In this document: positions 13,935 through 26,552 of the stretch, one piece after another | Layout: each line of letters starts with the position of its first letter | Position numbering within the stretch: position 1 is the stretch's first letter | DNA from: Vicugna vicugna | Lineage: Eukaryota | Length of the DNA stretch: 64,000 bases | Direction of reading: 5' to 3' | NCBI GenBank assembly: GCA_013265495.1 | Contig: MU061579.1 | Coordinates: forward strand, 1,795,319 to 1,859,318 | The notes under the pieces: generated by a model | Database searches by the model: none | Told to the model about the DNA's origin: nothing | Seen by the model: the letters and a program-made list of their open reading frames with translations, nothing else | Program-made: the position numbers and the translations under genes

Positions 13935-14190
13935 AGTGCAGAATCACAAAGAACAAACTAGAGGTTACCAGTGGGGAGAGGAAAGGAGAGAGGGTATTGT
14001 AGTGGTAGGTGAGAAAGGGTAATGAACTCTCAGGTATAAATGAAGCTATAAGGATATATTGTACAACAATGGGACTATAGCCAATGCTGAATAATAATAT
14101 AAACGGAGCAAAACCTGTGAAAATTGTGAATCACTATATTGTACACCTGTAACTTATACAGTACAAGTTTAAAAAGAAAAAAAAGAAATA
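13935..14190 (+). mobile_element. L1 3'UTR fragment
   Basis: gaacaaactagaggttaccagtggggagagg...tgaatcactatattgtacacctgtaac plus A-rich tail. Confidence 0.85.
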
Positions 14191-15156
14191 AATAGGAAGT
14201 ACTTAGGCAAGTCTTAGACATCCAATTTTTTGTTAAATACATCAAATTATAGTTTAAAAAAGAAATTAAGAAACTTTATAACCTCGATATCCAGGTAATA
14301 TAATGAATTTTTTGTAAAAGTCAGCCTCATTAGCACAAAACGATGTTAACTTCAAGCAATGGGAGGGGTGGGATGAGAAAAGTATGACATTAGACACTTG
14401 AGATAATGAAAAAGCAACTGCAAATGCCAAAATTCTATTAAGAACCAGGACACATCTTGAGTAGGTTAAATTTTTGTTAATGAGAATCATTCAATTTTTT
14501 AAGAGGTTAAGCAAAAGTGTGTGTGGTAGCCATGAAATAGAGACTAGACAGAGTGAATGACAGACAGAGAGAGATACACAGATAAACAGAGAAAAAGAAA
14601 TACAGACAGAGACACAGACAGAAAGAGACAGAGATACAGAGAGAATGAAAAAGAGGGAGAATTCAGATGGTAAAAAACGTCATAAGCAGAATCTCTAATT
14701 GCCAGATCTTTGTGTTAAGAATATTAACAGAAATGATAGTTTTAAAAATGTCCTTATTTTATCCTTTTAATTGATGTATCCTTGACATTTTTCCTTATAA
14801 TAAAAGTTACTGTTTTAGTATATCTTTATGTATAAAATAGTTTGAATGAAATAAAGTCCTTGACAAGATGTTATTAATCTGAATATATTTTAAATCAATT
14901 TACAATGGTAACAGAACTCTGAAGGATGTTCAAGATTTTAAAATAACTGACACCTTGAAATCCTACTTAGAACCCGTTCCAGAATGAATTGAAATGTTTT
15001 AAATAATCAACAATACACTGAAACTGTCAATATGATGCTAACACAGATACCAAGTCAAATTGTTTCTTCTTAAATTTTGTTCTCTAATGAGTAAACAAAC
15101 AACAAAAATAGATCAAGGAACATTTAAGAAATTGATAGAAAAATGCTTTAGGACAG

Positions 15157-15515
15157 TATTATAGTCTGAATATTTTGTCCTCCTAGAAATTCATATATTG
15201 AAACTCTAAACCCCAAAGAGGATGACATTAGGAGGGAGAGTGTTTGGGAAGTGCTTTAAGCCATGAGGGTGGAGCCCTCATGGATGGAATCAGTGCCTTG
15301 CAAAAGAGGCTCCAGAAAGCTCCCGACACCCCCTGACCTTGAGAGGACACAGAGAGAATCCAAGAGAGGGCCTTCACAAGAACATAACCAGGCTGGCACC
15401 ATGATCTTGGATTTCTCGGCTTCCAGAAATGTGAGAAATACTTTCCTGTTGTTTATAAACTACTCAAGCTACCCAGGCTGGTATTCTGATATAGCAGCCT
15501 GAATGGACTAAGGCA
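15157..15515 (+). mobile_element. MaLR solo LTR (MLT1A-like)
   Basis: catgagggtggagccctcatggatggaatcagtgcctt, tgatcttggatttc and tatagcagcctgaatggactaaggca are MLT1A hallmarks. Confidence 0.85.
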
Positions 15516-16574
15516 GACTAATGCCAGTGAAATAAAATTGCTTACTTTCAAAGTTAGCTTTTAACCTTGATACACACACATACACACACACATGCACACA
15601 CACACACACTGCATACTGACAGTCATATATATATACAAAACACTGAGGATATCCAGGTCTAGAATACGAACATCAACAGACCTTACAAAATGGCTTCTGG
15701 ACCAAGGGAGCATGGTATTGGTAAAGTGATGGAGGGAGGGAGGGAGGGTTGTCCCACTGGCTTCTCTGATACGATAAACTCAAGTAAATTTTGTTCTTAA
15801 ATCTTTTAGAAATATAGATCAATATATCATTCTTCATTTATTCTTTTGGAAATATGATAGTTGTAATAAAGTAAAAATCAATTTGTCAAGCAAATCTTGA
15901 TTGCATTATCCTCAAAGGAAAATGCAAGTCAGCAATAAAATATCCTGACGAGAAAATAGTAATAAGCTTAAAGCCTCATCTCATGCTTGTTATCCTGACA
16001 GCAATATCTCTGGAATATTCTCTTGACAGGAAAATTCCATTTCATTATCTTCAAAAAGAACTATCCAGAAATTTTTCCTTCCAAGGAAATAGTTATTATG
16101 CTGACAGAAACATTTCAGTTTCAATGTCCTGAAAGCAGCATCAGTCTTAACCCGGAATAGAAAGGATTTCAATGAAGGGCAGCTTGTTCCTTTGACTGCT
16201 GGAGATATGGTATGTATTTACTTAAAAGGAAATAAGAAAGACATAAAAGTATCAAATCAAAACACAAATTCAGCTTGTCATTTTATAATATGATTGGCAT
16301 ATTAAAATTTTAAAGAGACACACAAATAGAGGCATATATTGATCTACTACTTTCAAGCACTCACCTGTTTTTGTATGGCAACATCATATACCTGATAGCT
16401 ATACTATACAAATAGTGTGGTTGGACAAGGAAGGAGATTCTATATGCAGGAAGGGTTGAGTGGAGGCTGACATACAGTTTCCTTCCATTCCTGGGCATCA
16501 AAAGATCTTCTGTAGACTTGCTTACTACATTACTCAATCTTGTGACATAGCCCATGAGCAACTATCACGATTCT

Positions 16575-16700
16575 AATTCCAGCTAAATCTCATCCTATGT
16601 GTGTGATCTTGGAGCAGTTCATTTAGAGATATGAGCCTAATTCGTAAAGTGAGGATAATCAAACTCAAACATTTTATTATTTTCCCTAAGGATAGAGCTA
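16575..16700 (+). mobile_element. MIR fragment
   Basis: tgtgtgatcttggagcagttcattta...gtaaagtgaggataat, MIR core. Confidence 0.6.
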
Positions 16701-17570
16701 TAAGAAGCGTGGCGACTGATAACATGGAAACATCTAAAAGAGCAAGATGTGACATATCCCACCTCCCACCAAAACCCAAAAGAAGATTAAAAAAAAGTAG
16801 TAAAACTTCAAATGATAGTGAAGAAAATGATATATTCTTTAACTTTTGCAAATTATTTGGGCGCAGTAACAAAAACACACACTAATCATAGCCTATCTTA
16901 TGTGTCTAAATAGTACCTAAGATAAGAGAAGGCTTCTGACTCAGCACTGCTGTCTATTTCATCTTTGGGTTGATGGTTAGAGATAGTACCTCCTCTCAAA
17001 TTTAATAGTTAGACCAAATTAATTAGGAAAATTTATTTCACAATGAGACTCGTGAGTTTTAACTGGATATTATTTACCTGCATCTGTTACTGCATTCATA
17101 ATATATATTACTTATATTTTGTGGTTTGTTTAATTATATCACAGACAAGTGCATTTTAAACACAAACCTAAAATGAGAAACCTAAAAATGACATTGACTG
17201 CTAAAAATAGAAACTAGTGCCCAATCCCACTTACAAAGAGAAATGCAAAATTCTTAAATAAAAGAAGAGCAAGTTAGTTTGTAGAAAGTTCTCCACCATA
17301 ATCATATTTGATTTTGTTTTTATTTCATTACTGTGAGGATAGATGAGTGTATTGGAACCAATTTATATTGCACAGACGTATATATATATATATACACACA
17401 TATATACAGATAAATATATATAAACATATAAAATCTCAACTGCTACCCAATAAATTCAACAAAATCTCATATTAAAAAAATAAAATGATATAGCCTTAAA
17501 AAGTTACTGCAGAGAACCTATACTATCATGAAGCAAACATTTACTCTACAATAATAACAATTAAACTTAG

Positions 17571-17656
17571 TGTGTATATATATATAACTGAATCACTATG
17601 CTATACACCAGAAACTAACACAATGTTGTAAATCAGCTATATGTCAATTAAAAAAT
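17571..17656 (+). mobile_element. Short L1 3' terminus
   Basis: tataactgaatcactatgctatacaccagaaactaacacaatgttgtaaatc...aattaaaaa; aaactta on both flanks. Confidence 0.8.
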
Positions 17657-19575
17657 AAAACTTAAGGATAAATCTCTGACAACTTATCCTAAAAAGTTAA
17701 GAAAAATCACTAAGAGGAACTAATCTCTACCATAAGTATTTTAGGATGCAATTGTTTATTCAAAATATTTGAGACAAAACTATTTGAAATGAGGGGAAAT
17801 AATTTTGTTGACAGACATATGGATTAATATATATACATATATTAGATATATATTATATATACAGTGGCCACTTTGTCACCATAGAGAAATCCAGTCTCTG
17901 GATGAAATTGACAGTCTGGCAAGGGGAAGAAACTGGATTTGTAATGACATTATAGTGTCTCTGAATTAAAATCAACTTTTAATCACTTTTCTCTAGAATT
18001 TCAGATGCTACTGTTTTAGAGTTTGAGTTGAGTATTTGTTACCTAAAACTAAAGCTTTCTCATTAATATAATAAATTTCATTAAATCTGAGCATTTTTCT
18101 TGGGTTTTTAGGGATAGATAGGTAGATAGACAGAAAAATGATAGATACAGAGATTGACATTGATATACATATATGTCATGCTATACACATGAGGTCAAAA
18201 GAAAGGAAAATGACGCTCTGCCAGGTTCCAGTCATATTATACTACTAGTTAGGACATGGGAACCATAATAATTGAAAAACAAGTATACATACAGAATGAC
18301 TTCAACTTTATCGAACTATATGCACATGAATAGAAATAAGTAACTCTTTTTTGTTTACTGTATGGATAGTGGCATAATTTGTACTTTATAAAGTTGTAGA
18401 TTTTTTTTTAATTCCCTATATAGATATAGATTAGGAAGAAAACTAGGGTTACTTCAATATATTAAAAATATACACATATAGTTTATATTTGCTGTATAAA
18501 CATATACATATATAAAAACACTAAGAGATAGATGTGTGTTAGTATGCATACATATATTCCTTTTAGTATTAAATAAAAATAATGAGATATACATAATATA
18601 TTTATGTGTAGAAAATGTATGTATGGATAGACAGTAGATGGTAGATAGACAGATACAATAATTTAACAGCAGATGTTGTTTAAACAAATCATGCAACCAT
18701 ACTACTGTTAAACATTATTCTTTTAGATACTGGAACAGATATAAAGAAAGTCAAATAAAAATATCAATTGTCTATGTAACAATACAATAATAAATATAAC
18801 AGCATGACATTTTGAATAAATAAATCACTCAAATCAAGCAAAATGCTTAATTTTTGTTAAGGAAGATACATGTGTTACTTCCTTTCAAATGAATTCATTT
18901 TAAAGAAAATATAAGAAAAAACAGGACAGCTAACAAATCCTTAATTTTTTTTCTATATTGAACTAATATGAAAAGTAATGTTTCATAATGCCATGTAATA
19001 GCTTCAGTAACACTGGGAATATGTGAATGAACCAAAAAAAAAAAAGTGTGTGTCTGTACTTATATGAAGCACAACAGAATAAAGATTCAAAGGTTAGACT
19101 GTATACATAGAACAACATTACTGAAAATTTTAGGTTTTGGCATATTTAAGAAGTGGAATTTTCCAGTACTATTATTTTCTCTTAAACTGAAACTGGCTAA
19201 GCATTTATAATTTCAGTACAAGTATCATGTTTCTGGCATTAGTAGGCCTCCATTTGGAAAACAATGTCATAGGGTTCTTGTAGACAGATGGATAAATGAA
19301 CAAAAGCAAAATAACATCCTAAGTTTTCTCCCTTTTATTTGATCTTCTGCCAAATGGAACTATATTTCTGTACAAAACAAAAAAAATATATCCTGGCATA
19401 AATTTAACTCTTCCTATGTCAGTTTTCTCTCAGAATTTATCTTCCCTGGCATATCTCCATTTAATAGAACGATTATATTAAAAACTTGTTCAGAGTGAAC
19501 ATTTCACCACATTCTCTCAGTGTATAAATAGTCCTTGGAATAGTTAAATCTGTATTTAACTACGACATCATTTGT

Positions 19576-19926
19576 TGGTATGGGCTGAATTGGGTTCCCC
19601 CAACCTTTCTATGCTGAAGAACCTCTTGACGTGCCTATACTTGGAGATAAATTGAGATCATTAGGGAAAGCCCTAATCCAATCTGAATGGCGTCCTTGCA
19701 AGAAGAGAAGATTAGGACACAGGCACCTACAGAGGGAAGACCACGTGGAGACACCGGGAGGAGAAGGCCATGTCCAAGCCAAGGAGAGAGGCCTCAGAAG
19801 AAACCAGGTCTAAAGATATTTTGATCTCAGACTTTCTAGCCTCCAGAATTATGAGAAAATATACTTCTGTTGTGTAAACCAACCAGTCTGAGGCACTTTG
19901 TTATGGCACGTTAGGAAATTCACGTA
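19576..19926 (+). mobile_element. MaLR solo LTR (MLT1B/C-like)
   Basis: tatgggctgaattg...ccctaatccaat...gccaaggagagaggcctcagaagaaacc...gcctccagaattatgagaaaata. Confidence 0.85.
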
Positions 19927-20481
19927 TCTATGACAAAGTAAGTTTGCTATTTTGAGCCTTTCTGGTAGCTGTTTTCAATGTGATCGGTCCACTTACCTGT
20001 GTGTACTCCTAAACTATGAAGTTTCAGTAACTAGGTCAGCAGTATACCAGTGTTTAGTTAGTTGTATAGACAAAGACGCGCTCAGGGTAAAAGAGACAAA
20101 CCGATCAGTTGAAAGTTATAAGACTTTTTATTCCATGAATTAAAAGTACAGTACTTCACCATCACATCAAAAAAACTGATTCTCATATATAACAAAAAAA
20201 AATTCATTCTTTTTTGTAAACCAATAGAAATGATACCTACTTCATGAGATTATTGTGAAAATGAAACAAGGTATTTGTGCAAATGTCTAGAAGATTACTG
20301 ACCACATAATCAGTATCATACTGAATTGATTTGAAAAAGATATTTTCCTATTACCCAGACTACTTAATCAGTAAATGGAAGCTATCAAGAGGGGGATGTT
20401 ATGAACAGATTCTCTTATACAGGAAATTCACTGAACAATAGCATAGAAAATAGGGTGGAGGAAGTCGATACCAGAACACAA

Positions 20482-20505
20482 AACCCTAACCCTAACCCTA
20501 ACCCT
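20482..20505 (-). repeat. Short interstitial telomeric repeat, 4 units
   Basis: aaccct x4 perfect on + (TTAGGG repeat on -). Confidence 0.85.
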
Positions 20506-20666
20506 GTATAATAAAGGTTGCACTCATAATATGTCCAGGGAGCAGTAAGAGACCTTTATTCTTAGACTGAGAGCCATGTGTTGGGTACTGTTAGGACCTA
20601 TGGACTAGGTGGTTAGAAGCTAAATGGCAAAGGCAGAAATAGAAGGATTTAGAAACTGTGTGGGAG

Positions 20667-21342
20667 TGCTGAGAAACAAGCCACTGGAAAACAAGCAACT
20701 AGAAAACAAGCTGCACCCAAATTTCCATGAGCTTAAAATATTATATTCACACTTACTTGCTTAAAATGCACCTGCTTGCTTTGTTTTAATGTTTTACGCA
20801 GCAGATGACCTATAACGTGTATTATGTTAAGAAATTTCGTTAAGGGGCAATCCTGAGATTGACCATAAGGGCACGAAGGAGGGCAGATATTTCCTTAGGG
20901 TAAAACAATGGATGGTCCTGGAAAGCCAGACCATCCATTAACAGAACTTTGTTCTGGCATGAAAGCACGCGATTTAACCCAGGGGAGATATTTGCTATCT
21001 CAAGATGTTCCGGAGGCAATAACAGGATAGACTTAGAAATTTTGCATACCCCGAGGAGGGTGATTGTTCCTGGAAGGGATAGGCCTGAAATTAATCAGTT
21101 AATCAGCAAGCAGAACTTAGTGCTTATTGCGTGGAATATCTAAAGCCCCACCTCTTTGATCACATTCTTTTCTGAGCTGTAGACTTCCAATAAATATGAT
21201 GTTGACCAGGCTTTCGGCACTCTAGATCCACGAGACCTTGAGTCCCCTGGTCCCATCTTTGATCTTTACTTTGTCTCTTTGGTTTCTTAAGTCTTGCGTT
21301 GCCAGTCCTCAGACAGAGTCCCGATCTGCACTGGACGCAGCA
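20667..21342 (+). mobile_element. Intact endogenous retrovirus solo LTR, 676 bp, probably ERVK/class II
   Basis: Inverted termini TGCTG...CAGCA; perfect 6-bp TSD TGGGAG (20661-20666, 21343-21348); AATAAA at 21189-21194 followed by T-rich U5-like sequence; several CpGs retained. Confidence 0.9.
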
Positions 21343-23035
21343 TGGGAGAAAATACTGGGAGAAAATACGAAGGCTCCTGAAAAAGGGAATACGTGTTGAA
21401 CGTAGTGCTTAAAAAAGATTTGTCTGACAACGCAGGCTCTGCATTTCCTTGATATTTTAGTTCAATGCTTGTAAATCAAGGATAATGAAATACGACTTAC
21501 GGGGAAATTGGGAGGATTAATTACAGATGCTAATGTTTGTAAAGAGCTTTAAGAAATGCTGCATTCAAAGTCCTGTTGCATCTCAGTTCAGAGCATTTGC
21601 ATTCTTCCTGTTGTAAATTTCTATTCACATTGTCTGAAGCTGCTGTAGACTGAGCTCTAATAAAAGTAGTTTCTGAGAGCATTTAATGAAAAAGGCACCC
21701 GCGAAGAGCAACTGGCAGGGTCAGACCACCCCAAGCAGCGTAAGAAAGGCCAGGTTCCCAAGATGGGAGGTCACTAGGAAGAATTTCTAAGAGAAGCAGA
21801 CAGCCTTCCGCAGACAGCCTTCCACTGTTTTTCTCATTACTCATTCATCCTCTAACTTTTTTCCTCGGATTTTGAGAATCTCAAGTCACTCCATATGATA
21901 ATTAACAGTTAACCACAGGGATAATCTATAACTGATATCAAAAATTTTCATTAAGCCTTTTCTATAGATTTGATTATAGTCAAAAGTTATACATTCTTTT
22001 GTAGTGACCAAATCATTTCTACAAAGCAATTTAGAAATGTGTGATATGATAAGGTGTCCACATGAAAAATTCTTTATATACAAAACACATGAGGCCCTAG
22101 AAAATCACTACTTATTATTCCTTAGATTTTTGCTTCACTGTCATAGATCATATTTACCAAGAAAATGTTCTCTGGGAGTGCAGAAACTTAAATCCCAGCT
22201 CTGCCATTTAATTACTGCTATAATAATACTACCAATAATGAAATTCCTTTAGGCAACTAATATTATGAACATATAGCATTTGTTAGGCAGTATTCTTGGC
22301 ATGTCTGATAGTGAGTGGATAAGTGAGACTAAACCGGAAATTAAAATTTTTTTCATTTGTACACACGTTTCTTATTTTTTATGTAATATGTTTCTATTAC
22401 ATTTATGACAAAAGCGTTAAACCTGAATTCAATACTCATCATTCTTGGCCTCATTAAGCCATTTTTCTTGGAATTATCCCCTTCTTTCATATCATGGACT
22501 CTTCCAACCAAACTACCCCAAAGTATTTATTCTCTTAACTCTTGCCTTTTCATCATTAGCATGTCTCAAAAAGTCATCCTTCTGGCTCTGTCCTATCTCC
22601 CACTAATGTAATCAAGGCCCTAAATCAGGCATAACTATGTCAAATGGCTTGGTGAGAGAGCTGTCAACTTTATTTTCTTTCCTTTATTTCTCATTCTACC
22701 CAGTCTGTGTCACTGTGCGCTTTGCTAAATGTAAATAGCAGTGGCATGATGACATTCGATTCCAGGTGTCAGCTCTATCACTTACTGTTTTTGTGACCTT
22801 GCTAATGGCACCTAAAAACACTAAGCTTTAGTGTCATCAGCATGAAACGGTAGAGCTATTACCAAGATACCATTATCTTCTCTCTTACTATAAACATTTT
22901 TGAAGTCAATTTTTTAAAATATCTAGACTGAATTCACCACATTATTGCCTCTGGTTCTTTCCCACCACTGCTCCATTACTGTGTGCTTTGTGCTAAGAGC
23001 TCCTTCCCCGTAAGTCTTTCCTCTAGGTAGGTATT

Positions 23036-23137
23036 TATATATTATATACATACATAATATATATATATATTATATATATATATGTATATAATATATATAT
23101 ATATAATATAATATATATATATATAAATATATAAATA
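23036..23137. repeat. Imperfect (TA)n microsatellite
   Basis: About 100 bp of almost pure alternating T/A. Confidence 0.9.
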
Positions 23138-25980
23138 AAACCTCAAGTTCCAACACAATTTTGGCTTTTTCCTTATAGTCTTCTACAGTGATTCAGATCA
23201 TCGTTCTCTCTTTAAGAACAAGTATTTTTTCCCCCTTAAACCTCTAATTAGAATTCAACCATAGTGAAAAGTGCAGTGCATTCCCATTTCAAAACTACTG
23301 AGATGGAGAATGGAATCATCTGGTTGTCTGTACTAAGCTTGATTCATAATACTGGGCTAAGGAGGGACACAGCTTCCCCTAAAGTGCAAGATTACTGAGT
23401 ACCTAAAGGCAAGTATGTGATGTTCTACTAAGGAGGAAGGCGAGGGGATTCAGAATAGGAGTAATACGATGTGTTTATATGGCACGAGATGCTATGTACC
23501 ACAAGCAGGATCCCAAACACTGTTTTCAAAATTCTAGGGAGCCAGAGGGGAGAAATTGAATTTATATCTGCACAACTGCTTAGTGCAAGGAAAGTTGGGC
23601 TACATATAAAAGTAAAGGGCTTTGTTTCTGACTCTGTACCTAATGCCTGTCTACAGTATCACTGCATCTCTTTTGGTGTAGTTTCCTTCTGTATTAATAA
23701 AGGTCTTGAAGAAAGGGAATTTAGTAACGCATAGGTTTCTGATTTGAGTGTCTGTAGGAGGAGTGAGACTATTCTTCAAGATAGAAAGTATCATGGGAAG
23801 GTAAATTTTGGGAGACAAATGAATATGTGAAGAACTACTGGATGTGAAGAACCTGCTCAAATGAGAGATTCAGTAGACTTGATTGGCCTATGCCAATACT
23901 GCCTGGCATAGATACATCTGAAAAGGAAATATTTGGAAGTCATTTATTATATATTACAGATATATAATATTTGAAGCTACAGGGGTGAGGTATTAGTCCC
24001 TTAACTAATTAATCCCTTAAGAGATTGAATACAGAGCTCCAGCTAACACCAACATAGAGCCGTGGGCATAGTTAATGAAGACTACAGACTTTTTGTTGAC
24101 TATATTATATATATAGTCAACGATTTTGATATTTTTAACTGTGTTTAATCTTTTTGTTTTATTCATCTCTTGACAGGGGTACACAACTGATATTTGGAGA
24201 AATGTTTTATCCTTAATAAATGCCAGAAATGTTTTTGAAAAAAACACTTACATGTCAACAATTTTGCCAATTACATTTCTTAATGTAAATGATCTTTTGA
24301 TTGTATCTCATATTTTGCTTGTTTTTAGTTTGTGATTCCAGCATCCTTTATTTGAGGTTTCAGTTGCAAAATGTAATAAAGACAATTACACAGTCAGATA
24401 ATTTTATTGTCACTGAAATAGGCGGCCGCTACAGTACGTAGAATTAGGGGGAAAATGAGTATGAAGACAAATCAAGTAGTTTATAGTGATTGTTATAAAT
24501 TAAATAACAAAACTAGAATAAAATTTTGAATTCTATGACTGAAAGAAAATTCCAAAATGTCTACTACTAAATTTTATGGGAAATAAATAGTTATGAGTTA
24601 ATGATTTCATATTTTAAGTTTGAGCTTTCCTGTCATTACCCCTTCATTATTGGAAATACAAAATTTTGTTAAATAACAACAACAAAAAAATCCACTTTTC
24701 TTCTCTGTAGTGACTACAAAAAATAAAACATTCCATATTCATGAAGAAAGATACTAGGTAGTGGAAATTTGCTAATTAATTCATCCATCTCTCTGGATAT
24801 TTATTCAAAAACATTATTACAAGTTTACAAGTATCAGGGAGGTGAATGTGTTTGTTTTTTCTTTTATTCAAGAATTTTCCAGGAGTCTACTTAACATATA
24901 GTTCATACAATAAATGCTTATAGAGTGGAAGAATCAATAAAAATGATAATTAAGAATAAATACACTTTTACACTATTAACTATAATGTAATGTGATCAAT
25001 AATAAATGTTATAATAAATTACTATGAAAATACTGTTGGTTATAAGGAGGCTTCACAGGAGGATATGACTGCTAAAAGATCAAAAAGTCATAAAAGGAAT
25101 ACGTTATTTAAAGATGTGAACAAGAGTAAATATGATGAATTAGTAACTGGATATTGTTAATATTTGATTCAAAATGGTTTGAATAAGAAGTTTTTTTGTA
25201 TCAACTTTTTATTTTTTAAATGTATATCTGCTTCAATTTTATAAGTCTTGCATTTCATGAAAAAATCATGAAATGTTTATTAGTCAACAAATTCACTTGG
25301 AGAGAAATCTACAACAAATAAAATAGATTTCCTATAAAGGAAAGGATCCAATAAATGTTTCCAACAATACAAAGCACTTTGTAAAACATAGATGTGTTGC
25401 GTAAACAGGAAATAGCATTCATTACTCAAAGGAAATAAATACTTGGAAAATCTTACTACAAGAGGAAGGAAAACCTCTTACTCATCTCATGAATATGCAA
25501 ATTATCCTTGCAGATACTTGAGTACTGGTGTGGAGGCCTCCCCTTCGTTTTCCTTACTTTTAAAAATCTGAGTTGATATTTCTTTGTGTTGTGACTGTAC
25601 ATAAGATATCAACTCACCAACTATGCTTGGATATCATTAAGTAGATTAAATTGAATGATGAAAGCTCTTTCTCATAAAATGAATGTGGTCTCTTTCTTGT
25701 TAATTGTATTAAACAAAATCCTCTTTTGGGATTGAGTCATTAAATTTATCCTCTCAACCTATAAAATAGAGCCATTAGACATTCAACTTGATCAATATAA
25801 ACGTCCAATTAAGGCAATTCAGAACTAAATACTTTTCCTGTTCAAATGCTATTTGGTTTATTTCATCTACCAAGACAGCCATAATAAGAATGGGCACATA
25901 CTATTTTGCTTTGTATGCACTGCAAAGAGAAGCAAAAGTAAGACTCATAACTATTTCTTAATACTATTTTGACCTATTTT

Positions 25981-26552
25981 ATTGACATATAACACTATAT
26001 TAGTTTCAGTTGCACAACATGAGTCAGTATTTGTACAAATTGTGCAGAGATCACCACAATAAGCCTAGTTAAAAATCCGTTACCACACATAGTTACAATT
26101 TTGTTTTCTTGTGATGAGAACTTTTTAAGATTTACCCTCTTAGCAACTTTGAAGTGTACAACACAGTATCATTAACTACAGTCACCATAGTGTATATTAC
26201 AGCCTCAGAGCATATTTATTTCATAACTAGAGGTTTCTGTCTTTGAGTACCTACACCCATTTTGCCCACCCCTACCTCCCACCTCTGGCAACCACTAATC
26301 TGTTCTCTGTATCTTTGTGTTCATTTTGTTTGTTGGTCGGTTTGGTTTTTAGATTTCTTATATGAGTGAGATCATATGGTATTTGTCTTCCTCTGTCTGA
26401 ATTACTTCACTTACCATAATGTCCTCAAGGTCCATCCATGTATTCATGAGTGGGAGGACTTCCTTATTTTTTATAAATAAATAATAATAATAGATATGAA
26501 AACATTTTCTTTATCCATTCATCCATCAATGGAAACCTATGTTGCTTTTATG
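25981..26552 (-). mobile_element. 5'-truncated L1 3' end (L1MA/MB-age)
   Basis: Reverse L1 3'UTR/ORF2 end (gagatcatatggtatttgtcttcctctgtctga; ttatccattcatccatcaatgg); 16-bp TSD tattttgacctatttt (25965-25980) / tattttgacttacttt (26553-26568). Confidence 0.9.

Noticed and set aside
19991..19999. Consensus minus-strand donor CAG|GTAAGT
   Set aside because: No convincing acceptor and open-frame pairing upstream
24422..24429. NotI site GCGGCCGC in a CpG desert
   Set aside because: Single 8-mer with no vector or CpG-island context
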